The notes: generated by a model from the sequence alone, not told the origin. A stretch of DNA of 62,724 nucleotides from Bacteroidota bacterium (GCA_947492885.1 CANLPK010000006.1:1-62724), one strand, 5' to 3'. Positions 39,644 through 49,935 are shown, counted from the first letter of the stretch. Made by a program: numbers and translations.

Positions 39644-40624
39644 ATGAATCAGGCGCAGAGCATCAACAGAAGAGAAGTAATGTTACACTTAGGTAACGAC
39701 GTAGAAAAATATTCCGACGAGTTTTTAAAATCCATAGAAACCAATTGGCAGCCAGGCGAGTTATTGCCCGATTCTACCCAGGAAAATTTTATTGAAGAAA
39801 TTAAAACCGTTCAGGGACAGGCAGAAAACCTAAGCTACGACCTACTCGCAGTACTCATTGGCGATACCATCACCGAAGAGGCATTGCCTACCTACGAGTC
39901 ATGGCTGGTTAGCATGGACGGCGTTCAGCCTCAACGAGCTGATAGCTGGATGCGATGGATCCGTGGCTGGACTGCCGAAGAAAATCGCCATGGTGATGTA
40001 TTGAACAGATATCTATACCTCAGTGGTCGCGTGGATATGCCCAAATTCGAAGCTTCGGTGCAATTCTTAATCAACGATGGTTTCGATATTCAAACAGGAA
40101 GCGATCCATACCGCAGTTTCATCTATACCAGCTTTCAGGAAACTGCTACCAATATATCACATCGCCGCGTGGCAAGCTTGGCCAAAGCAAGTGGTAATGT
40201 CGTATTGTCGCGCCTTTGCGGACTCGTTGCCAGCGATGAAGCGCGTCATGCCAAAGCATACAAGACCTTCGTTTCTCGTATTTTCGAACTCGACCCAAGT
40301 GAAATGATGAAGGCTTTCGAAGATATGATGCGCAAGAAAATTGTAATGCCAGCCATGTACATGCGCGAACTGGGTGAGAAAGTAAACACTTTCGCCAATT
40401 TCAGCGATGCAGCACAACGATTGGGAGTTTATACTTCTATGGATTATGTTGAAATTATGCAAGGTCTCATCAGCGAATGGAAAATTGAAAATATGCCCAA
40501 CCTCAACGATGAAGCGGAAAAAGCTCGTGATTATATCATGTCGCTTCCCGATCGTTTGATTCGTATTGCTGACAGAATGCGTACCCCAACCATCGAACAT
40601 AAATTTAGCTGGATTAAAGCATAA
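39644..40624 (+). CDS. Soluble acyl-ACP desaturase (ferritin-like diiron)
   Basis: TEEALPTY, WTAEENRHG, YTSFQE, DEARH and KIVMPA. Confidence 0.93.
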   Translation: MNQAQSINRREVMLHLGNDVEKYSDEFLKSIETNWQPGELLPDSTQENFIEEIKTVQGQAENLSYDLLAVLIGDTITEEALPTYESWLVSMDGVQPQRADSWMRWIRGWTAEENRHGDVLNRYLYLSGRVDMPKFEASVQFLINDGFDIQTGSDPYRSFIYTSFQETATNISHRRVASLAKASGNVVLSRLCGLVASDEARHAKAYKTFVSRIFELDPSEMMKAFEDMMRKKIVMPAMYMRELGEKVNTFANFSDAAQRLGVYTSMDYVEIMQGLISEWKIENMPNLNDEAEKARDYIMSLPDRLIRIADRMRTPTIEHKFSWIKA

Positions 40625-40641
40625 CCAGTTTAAAGATAAAT

Positions 40642-40675
40642 AAAAAAGCCGCAACAGGATGCTGTTGCGGCTTTT
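40642..40675. terminator. Bidirectional intrinsic terminator
   Basis: AAAAGCCGCAACAG-GATG-CTGTTGCGGCTTTT between convergent genes. Confidence 0.88.
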
Positions 40676-40691
40676 ACTTTGTATTGAGAGT

Positions 40692-42746
40692 TTAATTCTT
40701 CACAGGTAAAAACGCATAGTTCTTTCCGTATTCAATCATTTGTTCGAAGAAATTTTCAGGGTATTCCACTTTCACATCGGTGATATTTTCTCCATCCATC
40801 ACGGCTACTAAGCGAGGTTGAATAAATCCACGATAAGGTTTCAAGTTAAGTTTTGCATAACGCTCTTTTACTTCTTTCAATAACTCTTGGTCAACAATCA
40901 CACCGTATCCTTCAACCAATTCTGAGCCTGCCTTATAATCACCTTGCGATTTGATTCGTTGTATTTCCTTCAATAACTCACCAAACAAAACACGTAATTT
41001 TTCGTAGTCGTTTACTTTTACAAACGTCTTGCCATCGCGTTTTACGAATTCAATTACATTGTCTTTTTTGCCATGATCATACGCCCATTTGGCTACCAGC
41101 TGGCGATTACGCATATGTGCTTCCTCTAAATTATTACCCAATTCGATACGTGTCAACTGAGAAATTAATCCGTTCGTGATATAATTATTGTATTCGCATT
41201 TGGCAACATCCATAGAAGGCATCACACCAATATCAATTAATTTTTGATCCATGATGAAATAGAGTCCTACCAAGTCCGCACGGGCTTCTTCTAAGCAAGA
41301 AGCATAGTTCTTCAATGTTTTATCTGTTGTTTCAACTCCGGGTTCTATTTGTCCGCTGGCATGACCAATACACTCATGCATATCGGTGTGTAAGTCACCG
41401 GCCAGGCTTCCATATTGTTTGTTCAAGTCGATATACTCTTGGCTAAAAGCAAACTCTCCATACGATCCTTTTTTAGCACTCGCTTCGGTATAGCTATGAA
41501 CGATATTCGCTAAGGATACCGATTTCGAGCCATGTGAAGAACGAATCCAATCGGCATTCGGAAGGTTGATTCCTATTGGGGTTGAAGGGGCTCCATCACC
41601 ACTTTCTACAATCACAGTAATGGCTTTGGCACTGATTCCTTTCACTTGTTTCTTTTTGTGTTGTGGCATCAATGGTGAATGATCTTCAAACCATTGTGCA
41701 TTATCGGCAATCGCTTTGATGGTTTTTGTTGCCACCTCATCTTTAATACTTACCACACTCTCGTAAGATCCTTTTTTGCCAATGGGGTCCATATATACTT
41801 CAATGAAACCATTCACCACATCTATCTTACTATCCAAATCTTTTACCCAAGCGATACAATATTCATCGAAGTCTTTCACATCACCACTTTTGTAAAACTT
41901 AATCAATTTTTCTAATGCATCTTTTTGTTTATCGTTCTCAGCCACTGTTACTGCCTTTTCTAACCACATCACAATTTTTTCAATAGAGCCACTGTACATG
42001 CCTCCCATTTTCCAGATGCGTTCGGTAACCTTTCCATTTTCTTTCACTGTTTTGCTATTCAATCCCCAGCTTGGTGCATTGCCCTTGGTGCTGAATTTTG
42101 AATAGTATTCTTCTACTTCGGCTTGAGTAACGCCTTCATAGAAGTTCACAGAAGATGCTTTTACATTGTCAACATCCTTGGTTAAGTCAACCAGTTTCGC
42201 TTCAAATTTGGCATCGAAAATATATGGTTTCAAATAGTTGTTTAGCTCAGCCAAACTTGGAAATCCAGCCATATCAAATCCTTTCGCATCGCTTTTGTTG
42301 ATGAGGTCGGTGAAATATTCGAAGCTACATTTTGGTACAAATTTATCATTGCTATAGTGGTGGTGATTGCCATTGCTGAACCAGAAGCGTCCGCAATATT
42401 CCTGGAACTGATTCCATTCAACCGATTTCTTATCTCCACTATAGGTAGTGTAAATATTTTCTAATGTCTTACGAATTAGCAATCCGTTTTTATCTTTCTG
42501 ATCATAAATCATATCACGTCCACTAAGCGCGGCTTGATAGAGATAGTAGGCCAGCTTTTTCTCATTGAGAGATAGATTTTCAAATCCATCGATCTTGTAT
42601 TGCAATAATTGCAAATCGGCAAATTCATTGTTGTTAAAGGTAATAGAGTCGGCGTTCGTCATTGCAGGTTTAGCATTGTTGTTTGAACTGTTACAAGCCC
42701 CCAGAAGGGTAGCAAAAATCAAAGAGGTATAAATATATTTTTTCAT
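40692..42746 (-). CDS. Dipeptidyl-peptidase III (M49) lipoprotein
   Basis: HECIGH and EEARAD zinc motifs, GINLPN; lipobox LGAC if the start is ATG 42746 (ORF track start 42830). Confidence 0.92.
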   Translation of the reverse strand: MKKYIYTSLIFATLLGACNSSNNNAKPAMTNADSITFNNNEFADLQLLQYKIDGFENLSLNEKKLAYYLYQAALSGRDMIYDQKDKNGLLIRKTLENIYTTYSGDKKSVEWNQFQEYCGRFWFSNGNHHHYSNDKFVPKCSFEYFTDLINKSDAKGFDMAGFPSLAELNNYLKPYIFDAKFEAKLVDLTKDVDNVKASSVNFYEGVTQAEVEEYYSKFSTKGNAPSWGLNSKTVKENGKVTERIWKMGGMYSGSIEKIVMWLEKAVTVAENDKQKDALEKLIKFYKSGDVKDFDEYCIAWVKDLDSKIDVVNGFIEVYMDPIGKKGSYESVVSIKDEVATKTIKAIADNAQWFEDHSPLMPQHKKKQVKGISAKAITVIVESGDGAPSTPIGINLPNADWIRSSHGSKSVSLANIVHSYTEASAKKGSYGEFAFSQEYIDLNKQYGSLAGDLHTDMHECIGHASGQIEPGVETTDKTLKNYASCLEEARADLVGLYFIMDQKLIDIGVMPSMDVAKCEYNNYITNGLISQLTRIELGNNLEEAHMRNRQLVAKWAYDHGKKDNVIEFVKRDGKTFVKVNDYEKLRVLFGELLKEIQRIKSQGDYKAGSELVEGYGVIVDQELLKEVKERYAKLNLKPYRGFIQPRLVAVMDGENITDVKVEYPENFFEQMIEYGKNYAFLPVKN

Positions 42747-42879
42747 GGAAGATGAATAAAAAATTAGGAAGCAAATGAAAGGAAATAAATTATTAATAAA
42801 GAATTTAATCATCGATGGTGAACAATTCACCCTTTTTGATTTAACCTTTACTGGGGGATATAATCAGGCTAGAATAAGC

Positions 42880-44427
42880 CTACAATTGCGCAATGGAGAG
42901 CGCCACACGTTGTCCGTCGATGGCAGCACTTACAATTCCACCAGCATAACCGGCCCCTTCGGCACATGGATACAGTCCTTTGATTTGCACATGCTGCAAT
43001 GTTTCGGCATCACGAGTAATACGCACTGGGCTGCTTGTTCGGCTTTCGGTTGCCACCATAATGGCATCGGCAGTATTATAGCCTCTAATCTTATTGCTAA
43101 ATTCTTTTAAGGCAATGCGCAATCGCGATGATATTTCTTCGGGTAGTATCTGTTGTAAATCGGCAATGGTTAAACCCGGAAGATAGCTGCAATCGGGTAA
43201 AGAGGTGGATCGTTTTCCTTGAATGAAATCGTTGATACGCTGGGCAGGCGCTTTTATCGAATTATTGCCTGCCACATAACAATCCTGTTCAATTTTTCTT
43301 TGATACTGCAAGGAAGCAAGTGGGCCTTCCTTCGAATATTTTGCATAATCTTTTTCGCCAATACTCACCACCATGCCGCTATTGGCAAAGCGCCCATCGC
43401 GCTTGCTAGGGCTCCATCCATTCACCACCACCTCACCTCCAGCAGTAGCAGCTGGTGCAATAATTCCACCAGGGCACATGCAAAAGCTAAACACTCCCGT
43501 TTCTTTTACCTGCGTTACAAGGCTATAGGAAGCAGGAGGGAGGTAATCGGGACGAACCTCGCACTTATATTGAGAAGCATCGATAATATGCTGTGGGTGC
43601 TCTACACGCACGCCAATAGCCAATGGTTTCGATTCAATGAAAATATTTTTCCTTCTAAGCAGTTCGAAAATATCGCGAGCACTATGACCTGTAGCTAGTA
43701 TAACCTGTGTCGCTGCGATTTTTAGATTGTCATTAATAGTTATCGATTGAACACTATCGAATTGTGTTTCGATATCGGTGAGCTTACAATTGAAATGCAC
43801 CTCACCACCGCAGGCTTCAATGCTTTCGCGCATCTTGGTAACAATCTGAGGCAATTTATTCGTGCCAATATGCGGATGTGCTTCGTAAAGAATTCGTGCA
43901 TCGGCACCATGCATCACAAAGAGTTGTAATATTTCTTGCAGGTTGCCTCGCTTATTGCTGCGTGTATAAAGCTTGCCATCACTATACGTGCCTGCACCAC
44001 CTTCCCCAAAGCAGTAATTACTTTCTGGGTTGATGATGAGTGCTTTGTTTATTTCGGCTAAATCTCTTCGGCGACTTTTTACATCCTTGCCTCGCTCATA
44101 AATAATAGGCTTTAATCCGAGTTGAATAAGTTTCAAGGCAGCAAAAATTCCTGCTGGACCAAATCCAATGATATGTACTGGTTTGGCGTCGCGCACATTT
44201 TTTAATTCGTAATGAAAAGTCTCGGGAGTAAACGGCTCGTCGATAAAAACATTCGCAACAAATCGAAACTTCACGATTCTACTTCGGGCATCAATCGATT
44301 TCTTTAGTAATTCAATCCCCGTTATTTGCGATTCAGATACTTGTAAATGCTGGGCATACGATTGCTTCAATAGCGCATCGGTGGCGCATTGTTCCGGTGT
44401 TAGGATAAGCTCAATCTGACTTTTCAT
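42880..44427 (-). CDS. FAD-dependent oxidoreductase (COG2509-like)
   Basis: GFGPAG, FGEGGAGTYSDGKL, HPHIGT, SFCMCPGG and GAGYAGGIVSAAIDG. Confidence 0.92.
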   Translation of the reverse strand: MKSQIELILTPEQCATDALLKQSYAQHLQVSESQITGIELLKKSIDARSRIVKFRFVANVFIDEPFTPETFHYELKNVRDAKPVHIIGFGPAGIFAALKLIQLGLKPIIYERGKDVKSRRRDLAEINKALIINPESNYCFGEGGAGTYSDGKLYTRSNKRGNLQEILQLFVMHGADARILYEAHPHIGTNKLPQIVTKMRESIEACGGEVHFNCKLTDIETQFDSVQSITINDNLKIAATQVILATGHSARDIFELLRRKNIFIESKPLAIGVRVEHPQHIIDASQYKCEVRPDYLPPASYSLVTQVKETGVFSFCMCPGGIIAPAATAGGEVVVNGWSPSKRDGRFANSGMVVSIGEKDYAKYSKEGPLASLQYQRKIEQDCYVAGNNSIKAPAQRINDFIQGKRSTSLPDCSYLPGLTIADLQQILPEEISSRLRIALKEFSNKIRGYNTADAIMVATESRTSSPVRITRDAETLQHVQIKGLYPCAEGAGYAGGIVSAAIDGQRVALSIAQL

Positions 44428-44517
44428 TTTACAAGAATCGACACAAGAAGTAATTTGTTGTTGGATTGCAACAAATTGGTCCTCCTGATTTTATTTAGTT
44501 TTTTTTATTGCTATGAA

Positions 44518-45390
44518 CTAAACAATCACTGCAGTTGGTTCGATTTTTTTAATCAAACCTTGCAATACGGTACCAGGTCCATACTCACTAAACTGAGTAG
44601 CACCATCGGCTACCATGGCACGCACGCATTGCGACCATTTCACCGGTGCTGTAAGTTGTATCAATAAATTTTGTTTTATCTCGGCAGCACTGCGAACACC
44701 AATGGCTACCGCATTTTGGTAAACCGGACAAATGGGTTCATGAAAATTGGTGGCTTCAATTGCTTTAGCCAATTCTTCTTCCGCTGGTTTCATTAGTGGT
44801 GAATGGAATGCTCCTCCTACTTGCAATACGAGAGCACGCTTGGCTCCCGCTGCTTTCAGGGCATCACATGCTTTTTGAACGCCAGCAATACTACCCGATA
44901 TAACGAGTTGCCCCGGGCAATTATAATTTGCAGCCACCACCACTTCGTCAGTGATTGTTTTGCAAATTTCTTCCACCTTGGCATCATCCAAACCTAGGAT
45001 AGCAGCCATAGTTGATGGCTTTAGTTCGCATGCCTTTTGCATGGCTTGTGCACGAAGGCTAACCAATCGTAATGCATCTTCAAAGGTGAGAGCTCTGTTG
45101 GCAACGAGGGCGCTGAATTCACCCAAGGAATGCCCAGCTACCATATCAGGTGAACCATGTTGTTTCACCATATAACTAATTACCGAGTGAATGAACACTG
45201 CAGGTTGTGTTACATTGGTTTGTTTCAATTCTTCATCGGTACCTCCAAACATGATATCGCTGATGCGAAATCCGAGGATATCGTTGGCACTCTCAAATAA
45301 TTCTTTGGCCTTGTATTGCCCCTCATATAAATCTTTGCCCATGCCCACAAACTGTGCGCCTTGACCCGGAAAAACAAATGCATGTTTCAT
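44518..45390 (-). CDS. fabD: Malonyl-CoA:ACP transacylase
   Basis: FPGQGAQ, GHSLGE and GAFHS. Confidence 0.97.
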   Translation of the reverse strand: MKHAFVFPGQGAQFVGMGKDLYEGQYKAKELFESANDILGFRISDIMFGGTDEELKQTNVTQPAVFIHSVISYMVKQHGSPDMVAGHSLGEFSALVANRALTFEDALRLVSLRAQAMQKACELKPSTMAAILGLDDAKVEEICKTITDEVVVAANYNCPGQLVISGSIAGVQKACDALKAAGAKRALVLQVGGAFHSPLMKPAEEELAKAIEATNFHEPICPVYQNAVAIGVRSAAEIKQNLLIQLTAPVKWSQCVRAMVADGATQFSEYGPGTVLQGLIKKIEPTAVIV

Positions 45391-45482
45391 TGCTGATATA
45401 TTTTTTTATGCGGTAAAAGTAAGAAAAATATTAGGAAGCCATTGGCTTTGAAATCAACGAACCTACGCTTGGAATTGAAAAT

Positions 45483-45513
45483 AAAAAACCCCGTTAAAAT
45501 TATTAACGGGGTT
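45483..45513 (-). terminator. Intrinsic terminator of the gldM-like gene
   Basis: AACCCCGTTAA-N5-TTAACGGGGTT with an A6 tract that gives a U tail on the minus strand. Confidence 0.8.
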
Positions 45514-45542
45514 CATTTAAATATAATTAAAAGCGCTAGTGA

Positions 45543-47090
45543 TTACTTGACAGTGAAAATGAGATTATTATTCACATTGCTTAAGGTGCCATTGGCCCCT
45601 CGAGCTTTGATATCATAGAACAATATCAAATCTCCTCGTTTACATTTGGAAATGCTTGACTTTATTTCGGCTGTTAATTGATTCCCCGCTCCCTGCATCT
45701 GCCCTTTGTTTTCACGTGATTTTATATAACATGAATAACTTATTACTTGATAGGATTGCGTGGTGATTGGGAAAAATTGGCCAAAGTCGCAACGCATAAA
45801 ATTAAAAGTAGATGCTTCTTCTACGGTTATGATGCCACCTGTTTTTCCATTGATGGAGTTTTCGAGTGGTGGCATGGGGCGAATATTAAATTGCTGAACA
45901 AAGTTTTTGGTGGTACCATCATCTGCTCTCGCCACCACATTAATACTTACAATTCTGTTTTGTGAGAGGCTGCTGGTTACCACATATTTTCCATTCCCAC
46001 CTGTTAAGTTTGCGTTGGTGGCGGTGGCACTAATTTGGTCGGGGCGATACCCTGGAACCGTGATGTCCACTGGGTTGTCGATGCCTGCATAAAACACACG
46101 CATATTCGCCACCGATACCGAAGCCTGTGGTGCAAATACTTGATACTCTCCATTGGCGGGATATGATTTTAAAATATTCGTCTCTGGGTCGGGCACCATA
46201 ATTTCTGCTTTATAATTAAATTTCCCCTCACTGTTTGGAATCACACGATAGATACCTTTACCATTCACCACATCAACGGGAGTTCCATTCACCATAATTT
46301 TATAGTTCGAATTATTGTTGAAGGCGGTTAAAAATATTTCTGCATTATATGGTTGCCCAGTAGATACCGACCCAAGTGGAGCGACAATGGTAGCTTGTAA
46401 TTCATTGAAATGATGTTGCTTCTCAAATATATTATCTGCAAGCTTCGCAATCACATCCGACTCTGTTTTCTTGGCATCATTCTGAACCTTGGTGAGATTG
46501 GCAAAGACTGCAGCCAAAGGCAATCTTTCGAATGATTCTTCAAGCCATGTTTTCTTTATCCCTTCTTCATTTGGGCTTGGCTCTGGAGTATATAAATCCG
46601 ATTTAATACTCGCGCGATCTTTTACATCTAATAAAGAAATCAGTTTCTCTCGTGTGGTATTTATTTTTTCCATGAGCTCTTTCCCTTTTTGGTGGTCGTC
46701 CTTTTCATTTAAGAAAAAACCCATGGCAGCATCCATATTATCAGCTTCTTTCAATTCACCGTTTTCTAATCGGCCTCCATTTTGTTTCAGGAAATAATTC
46801 TTAAGCTCATCCACATAAGAAATAAATTCTTCAGAAGTTTTCTTGGCTTCATACGCCCGATCCCTGTAGTCCTTGGCTTTGGCGCCTTGCTTTACCACTT
46901 CATCATCCATACCAGCAAGGAGTTTCGAGTTGGTATCATCCAGGTTCCTGCCCGAATTCTCCAGACTCGTTTCAAGTTTGTGAAATGCTTTTAATATTTC
47001 GGATGAAACATTTAGAGCCAGCATGGCGGTTAACACGAGGTACATCATGTTAATCATTTTCTGACGAGGTGTACTTTTTGCTTGTGACAT
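45543..47090 (-). CDS. gldM: GldM/PorM family T9SS/gliding motor protein (stand-alone)
   Basis: PRQKMINMMYLVLTAMLALNVS N-terminus, F..LPLAAV...LTK.Q.D and M.VFY.G.DNP...VPG. Confidence 0.88.
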   Translation of the reverse strand: MSQAKSTPRQKMINMMYLVLTAMLALNVSSEILKAFHKLETSLENSGRNLDDTNSKLLAGMDDEVVKQGAKAKDYRDRAYEAKKTSEEFISYVDELKNYFLKQNGGRLENGELKEADNMDAAMGFFLNEKDDHQKGKELMEKINTTREKLISLLDVKDRASIKSDLYTPEPSPNEEGIKKTWLEESFERLPLAAVFANLTKVQNDAKKTESDVIAKLADNIFEKQHHFNELQATIVAPLGSVSTGQPYNAEIFLTAFNNNSNYKIMVNGTPVDVVNGKGIYRVIPNSEGKFNYKAEIMVPDPETNILKSYPANGEYQVFAPQASVSVANMRVFYAGIDNPVDITVPGYRPDQISATATNANLTGGNGKYVVTSSLSQNRIVSINVVARADDGTTKNFVQQFNIRPMPPLENSINGKTGGIITVEEASTFNFMRCDFGQFFPITTQSYQVISYSCYIKSRENKGQMQGAGNQLTAEIKSSISKCKRGDLILFYDIKARGANGTLSNVNNNLIFTVK

Positions 47091-47326
47091 AAATAGGTAG
47101 ATTTAATGTAATAGGTTTGATATTTAGCTTAGATAGTAAGCTCCTTCAAGGGCACAGCACTTTCAGGTGGCCATGAGGAATTTATTTTTTAATTCATCAT
47201 CACGCCATTTGAGGGCATCACAAAACACGAAAGATTCGAATAGCTAAACGGACGGAGAATACAATATCTGATTTACCTTATAACGCAGGTATTTGTAACT
47301 TATTGTAAAGAAAAAATGATAATTCT

Positions 47327-48142
47327 TTAAATGGTTTTTAAAACATCAGATACTGCTTCCATAAATGGGGTCTTAATTACGAGCATATGATCATCATTGA
47401 TTTTATGCAAGATGTCTTTGCCCAGTGCCTTTACGAGGTTATTGGTAAGTAATACAGGCATTACAAAATCGCTGCTGCCATAAAAAAGATGCACTGAGAT
47501 ATGATTGTCTTTAATTTTTTGAATCAACACTGGTGTTGGCACCAAAAGGTTTTTACACAATTTGATACGCTTTAAAATTAGGGCTCGTTTCTCTGGTGTA
47601 TCATTCTTTCCAAGATAAAAATCTCTTGCCTCCCGGTCAATCATTCCCATTAAATAACCAAGCTTGATCCCACCTAAAAATAATTTTGGGTGCTTTATAA
47701 AGTAGTTAATGATTTTATTCGTTTGCTTGATGCGAGATAAAATATCAATAATGGTTCCTCGCCTCAATCCATCGGCTGCTACTAAATATATAGCTTTTGT
47801 TTGATTGCTATAGGCTGCCATCAAACTCGTGGCCCATCGGCCGCCGAGACTGTATCCCATTACTGAGAATTGTTCAATCTTGTGTGTTTTAAAAAATATT
47901 TCGAAGATGTTTTTGAAATGATCTTTAGAGAATTCCTCTGTTTCCTTCCATTCACTTTCACCGTGGGAAAAAAGGTCGAAACTGTATACCGTGAAATGCT
48001 TTAACAATTCGGGCATGATATAATCGAAATTATAACAATTCCATCCATACCCATGAAAACAAATCAGAACAGGGGATTGAGTACCCTGTTTAGTATAATG
48101 TATTGTTGAGTTTTGGAAGTTAATAAAATGATGTTCCAACAT
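47327..48142 (-). CDS. Alpha/beta fold hydrolase
   Basis: FHGYG, DLFSHG, GYSLG nucleophile, G..D and C-terminal His. Confidence 0.88.
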   Translation of the reverse strand: MLEHHFINFQNSTIHYTKQGTQSPVLICFHGYGWNCYNFDYIMPELLKHFTVYSFDLFSHGESEWKETEEFSKDHFKNIFEIFFKTHKIEQFSVMGYSLGGRWATSLMAAYSNQTKAIYLVAADGLRRGTIIDILSRIKQTNKIINYFIKHPKLFLGGIKLGYLMGMIDREARDFYLGKNDTPEKRALILKRIKLCKNLLVPTPVLIQKIKDNHISVHLFYGSSDFVMPVLLTNNLVKALGKDILHKINDDHMLVIKTPFMEAVSDVLKTI

Positions 48143-48183
48143 GCCTTTAAATTCTATATTTGTAAAAATACCGCTTTGTATTT

Positions 48184-49485
48184 ATGAAACGAATTCTTCT
48201 AAGTGCCTTTTTTTCAACATTCGTATGCCTCTTGTTCTCTCAAAATTATTGCATCAAGAACAGGTTTTCGAATACCCCATTATTTTCCGATTCGCAAATT
48301 CAAAAAGATTCCAATATTGTATTTGCTGTTGCTAAGCACTGGAACTCCACAGTAATGGATTCCTTAAGAATGGATATTTATTATCCCAATGCATCGGTGG
48401 AAACCTTACCCAAACGACCATTGATAGTATTCGCCTTTGGTGGTGGCTTCCTCGAAGGTAACCGATTCGATATGACCTACTTCTGTAAAGAATTTGCGAA
48501 GCGGGGTTATGTGACGGCTACTATCGATTATCGAATTGGCTGGAATTGCTTGAATGGTGCAGCTGCAGCACTCTGCTTGTGCAACGATTATATAGGAATG
48601 TATAATGCCACTTATCGTGCTATGCAAGACTTCAATGCATCGCTGCGTTTCTTGAGTTATAAGAGTGCGCAATATAAAATCGATACTAATTTTGTTTTTG
48701 TAAGCGGAGGAAGTGCTGGAAGTATTACCGCTATGAATGCCGCATTCACTAGCCAACAAGAGATTGATGCAAAGCTCAGCTGGGTACACTCGCAATTGGG
48801 AAGTATCGATTCGTCAGGCAATACCTATCCAAAGAATTATAAAATAAAAGGCATCCTCGATTTTTGTGGAGCCGTGTACGATACCTCCTTCATGAATGGG
48901 AATGCCAATATTTCTATTGTGAGTTTCCATGATTCTTCCGACTGTGTGGTGCCAGCCTATAGAGGTTATATCATCAATTGTACGGGCAATTGCTTTAACT
49001 TATTCCCGATGGAAGGCTCTGCACTCATCTACGCCAAAGCGATTAAGAGTGGCACTTGCGCCGAATTAAATATCAACCCAATCATAGCACATTGCGGTTC
49101 AAATCAACAATACGTAATAAAAAATGGGGCCTGCTTTTTAAAGCGAGTGCTCTGCAATACATGCAGCTCGGCTCGTTATAAAGATGAATCAAAGCCTGCC
49201 AGCTGTGATTCGATGGGCTTTGGAAGTGGAATTGAAAATACATATTCAAAAGGCGTGGCGGTATATCCCAATCCTACCCAATCAATCCTCAATATTGAGT
49301 TACAAGAGGAGCACGGCTTGGTGAGCTTGAGTTTGTATGATATTAATGGAAGACTTGCAATACAAAAGCAAGCAACTCAAAAAATTGTTTCAATGGATGT
49401 TTCTTATTTGCCTAATGGAGTTTACTTTCTGAGTGTTCAATCGAAAGAGCAAATCAATACGATTCGTGTAATTATCCAACGATAA
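48184..49485 (+). CDS. T9SS-secreted Cys-rich carboxylesterase-like alpha/beta hydrolase
   Basis: MDIYYP, FGGGF, IDYRIG, GGSAG and D.VVP; VYPNPT CTD. Confidence 0.85.
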   Translation: MKRILLSAFFSTFVCLLFSQNYCIKNRFSNTPLFSDSQIQKDSNIVFAVAKHWNSTVMDSLRMDIYYPNASVETLPKRPLIVFAFGGGFLEGNRFDMTYFCKEFAKRGYVTATIDYRIGWNCLNGAAAALCLCNDYIGMYNATYRAMQDFNASLRFLSYKSAQYKIDTNFVFVSGGSAGSITAMNAAFTSQQEIDAKLSWVHSQLGSIDSSGNTYPKNYKIKGILDFCGAVYDTSFMNGNANISIVSFHDSSDCVVPAYRGYIINCTGNCFNLFPMEGSALIYAKAIKSGTCAELNINPIIAHCGSNQQYVIKNGACFLKRVLCNTCSSARYKDESKPASCDSMGFGSGIENTYSKGVAVYPNPTQSILNIELQEEHGLVSLSLYDINGRLAIQKQATQKIVSMDVSYLPNGVYFLSVQSKEQINTIRVIIQR

Positions 49486-49501
49486 TAAAAGTATAACTCA
49501 T

Positions 49502-49536
49502 AAAAAAAGCCTTTCAGTTTCTTGAAAGGCTTTTTT
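49502..49536. terminator. Bidirectional intrinsic terminator
   Basis: A7-GCCTTTCA-N6-TGAAAGGC-T6. Confidence 0.88.
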
Positions 49537-49554
49537 ATTTTTAAAACGATCGGC

Positions 49555-49803
49555 TTATTTAGGCGACTGAGTAGTAGTAGTTGTTGCAGGCTTTGCAGCA
49601 GGTGTTGGCGTTGTTGAAGAAGAAGAAGCTCCTTTCTTATCGCTGCATGATTTTTTCTCTTTACTGCAGCATGATTTTTTCTCACCAGCACATTCTTTCT
49701 TTGCAGCTGGAGCAGCAGCAGGTTTTGTAGTTGTTGGTCCTTGAGCGATGGCCATAGAAGCAACTAAAACAGTAGCTACGGCAAATGATAATAATTTTTT
49801 CAT
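49555..49803 (-). CDS. Small exported low-complexity protein with a Lys/Cys cluster
   Basis: Signal peptide (AIA-Q), KKECAGEKKSCCSKEKKSCSDKK; own -7 element TACATTTG (49847-49854) and terminator. Confidence 0.75.
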   Translation of the reverse strand: MKKLLSFAVATVLVASMAIAQGPTTTKPAAAPAAKKECAGEKKSCCSKEKKSCSDKKGASSSSTTPTPAAKPATTTTTQSPK

Positions 49804-49935
49804 GATGAATATGATCGATTAAATATTGGATTTAAATTTAGTATTACAAATGTAAGTGTTTTTTTTGAACTCCAAGAGTATTAACAAATGATAATTGGTA
49901 AGTATTTGGTCATAAATTGATCGGTTGTAGGAGGC

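Noticed and set aside
47140-47180. Glycine riboswitch (CTTTCAGG seen on the plus strand)
   Set aside because: Wrong strand for both neighbouring genes, and the other conserved aptamer elements are missing
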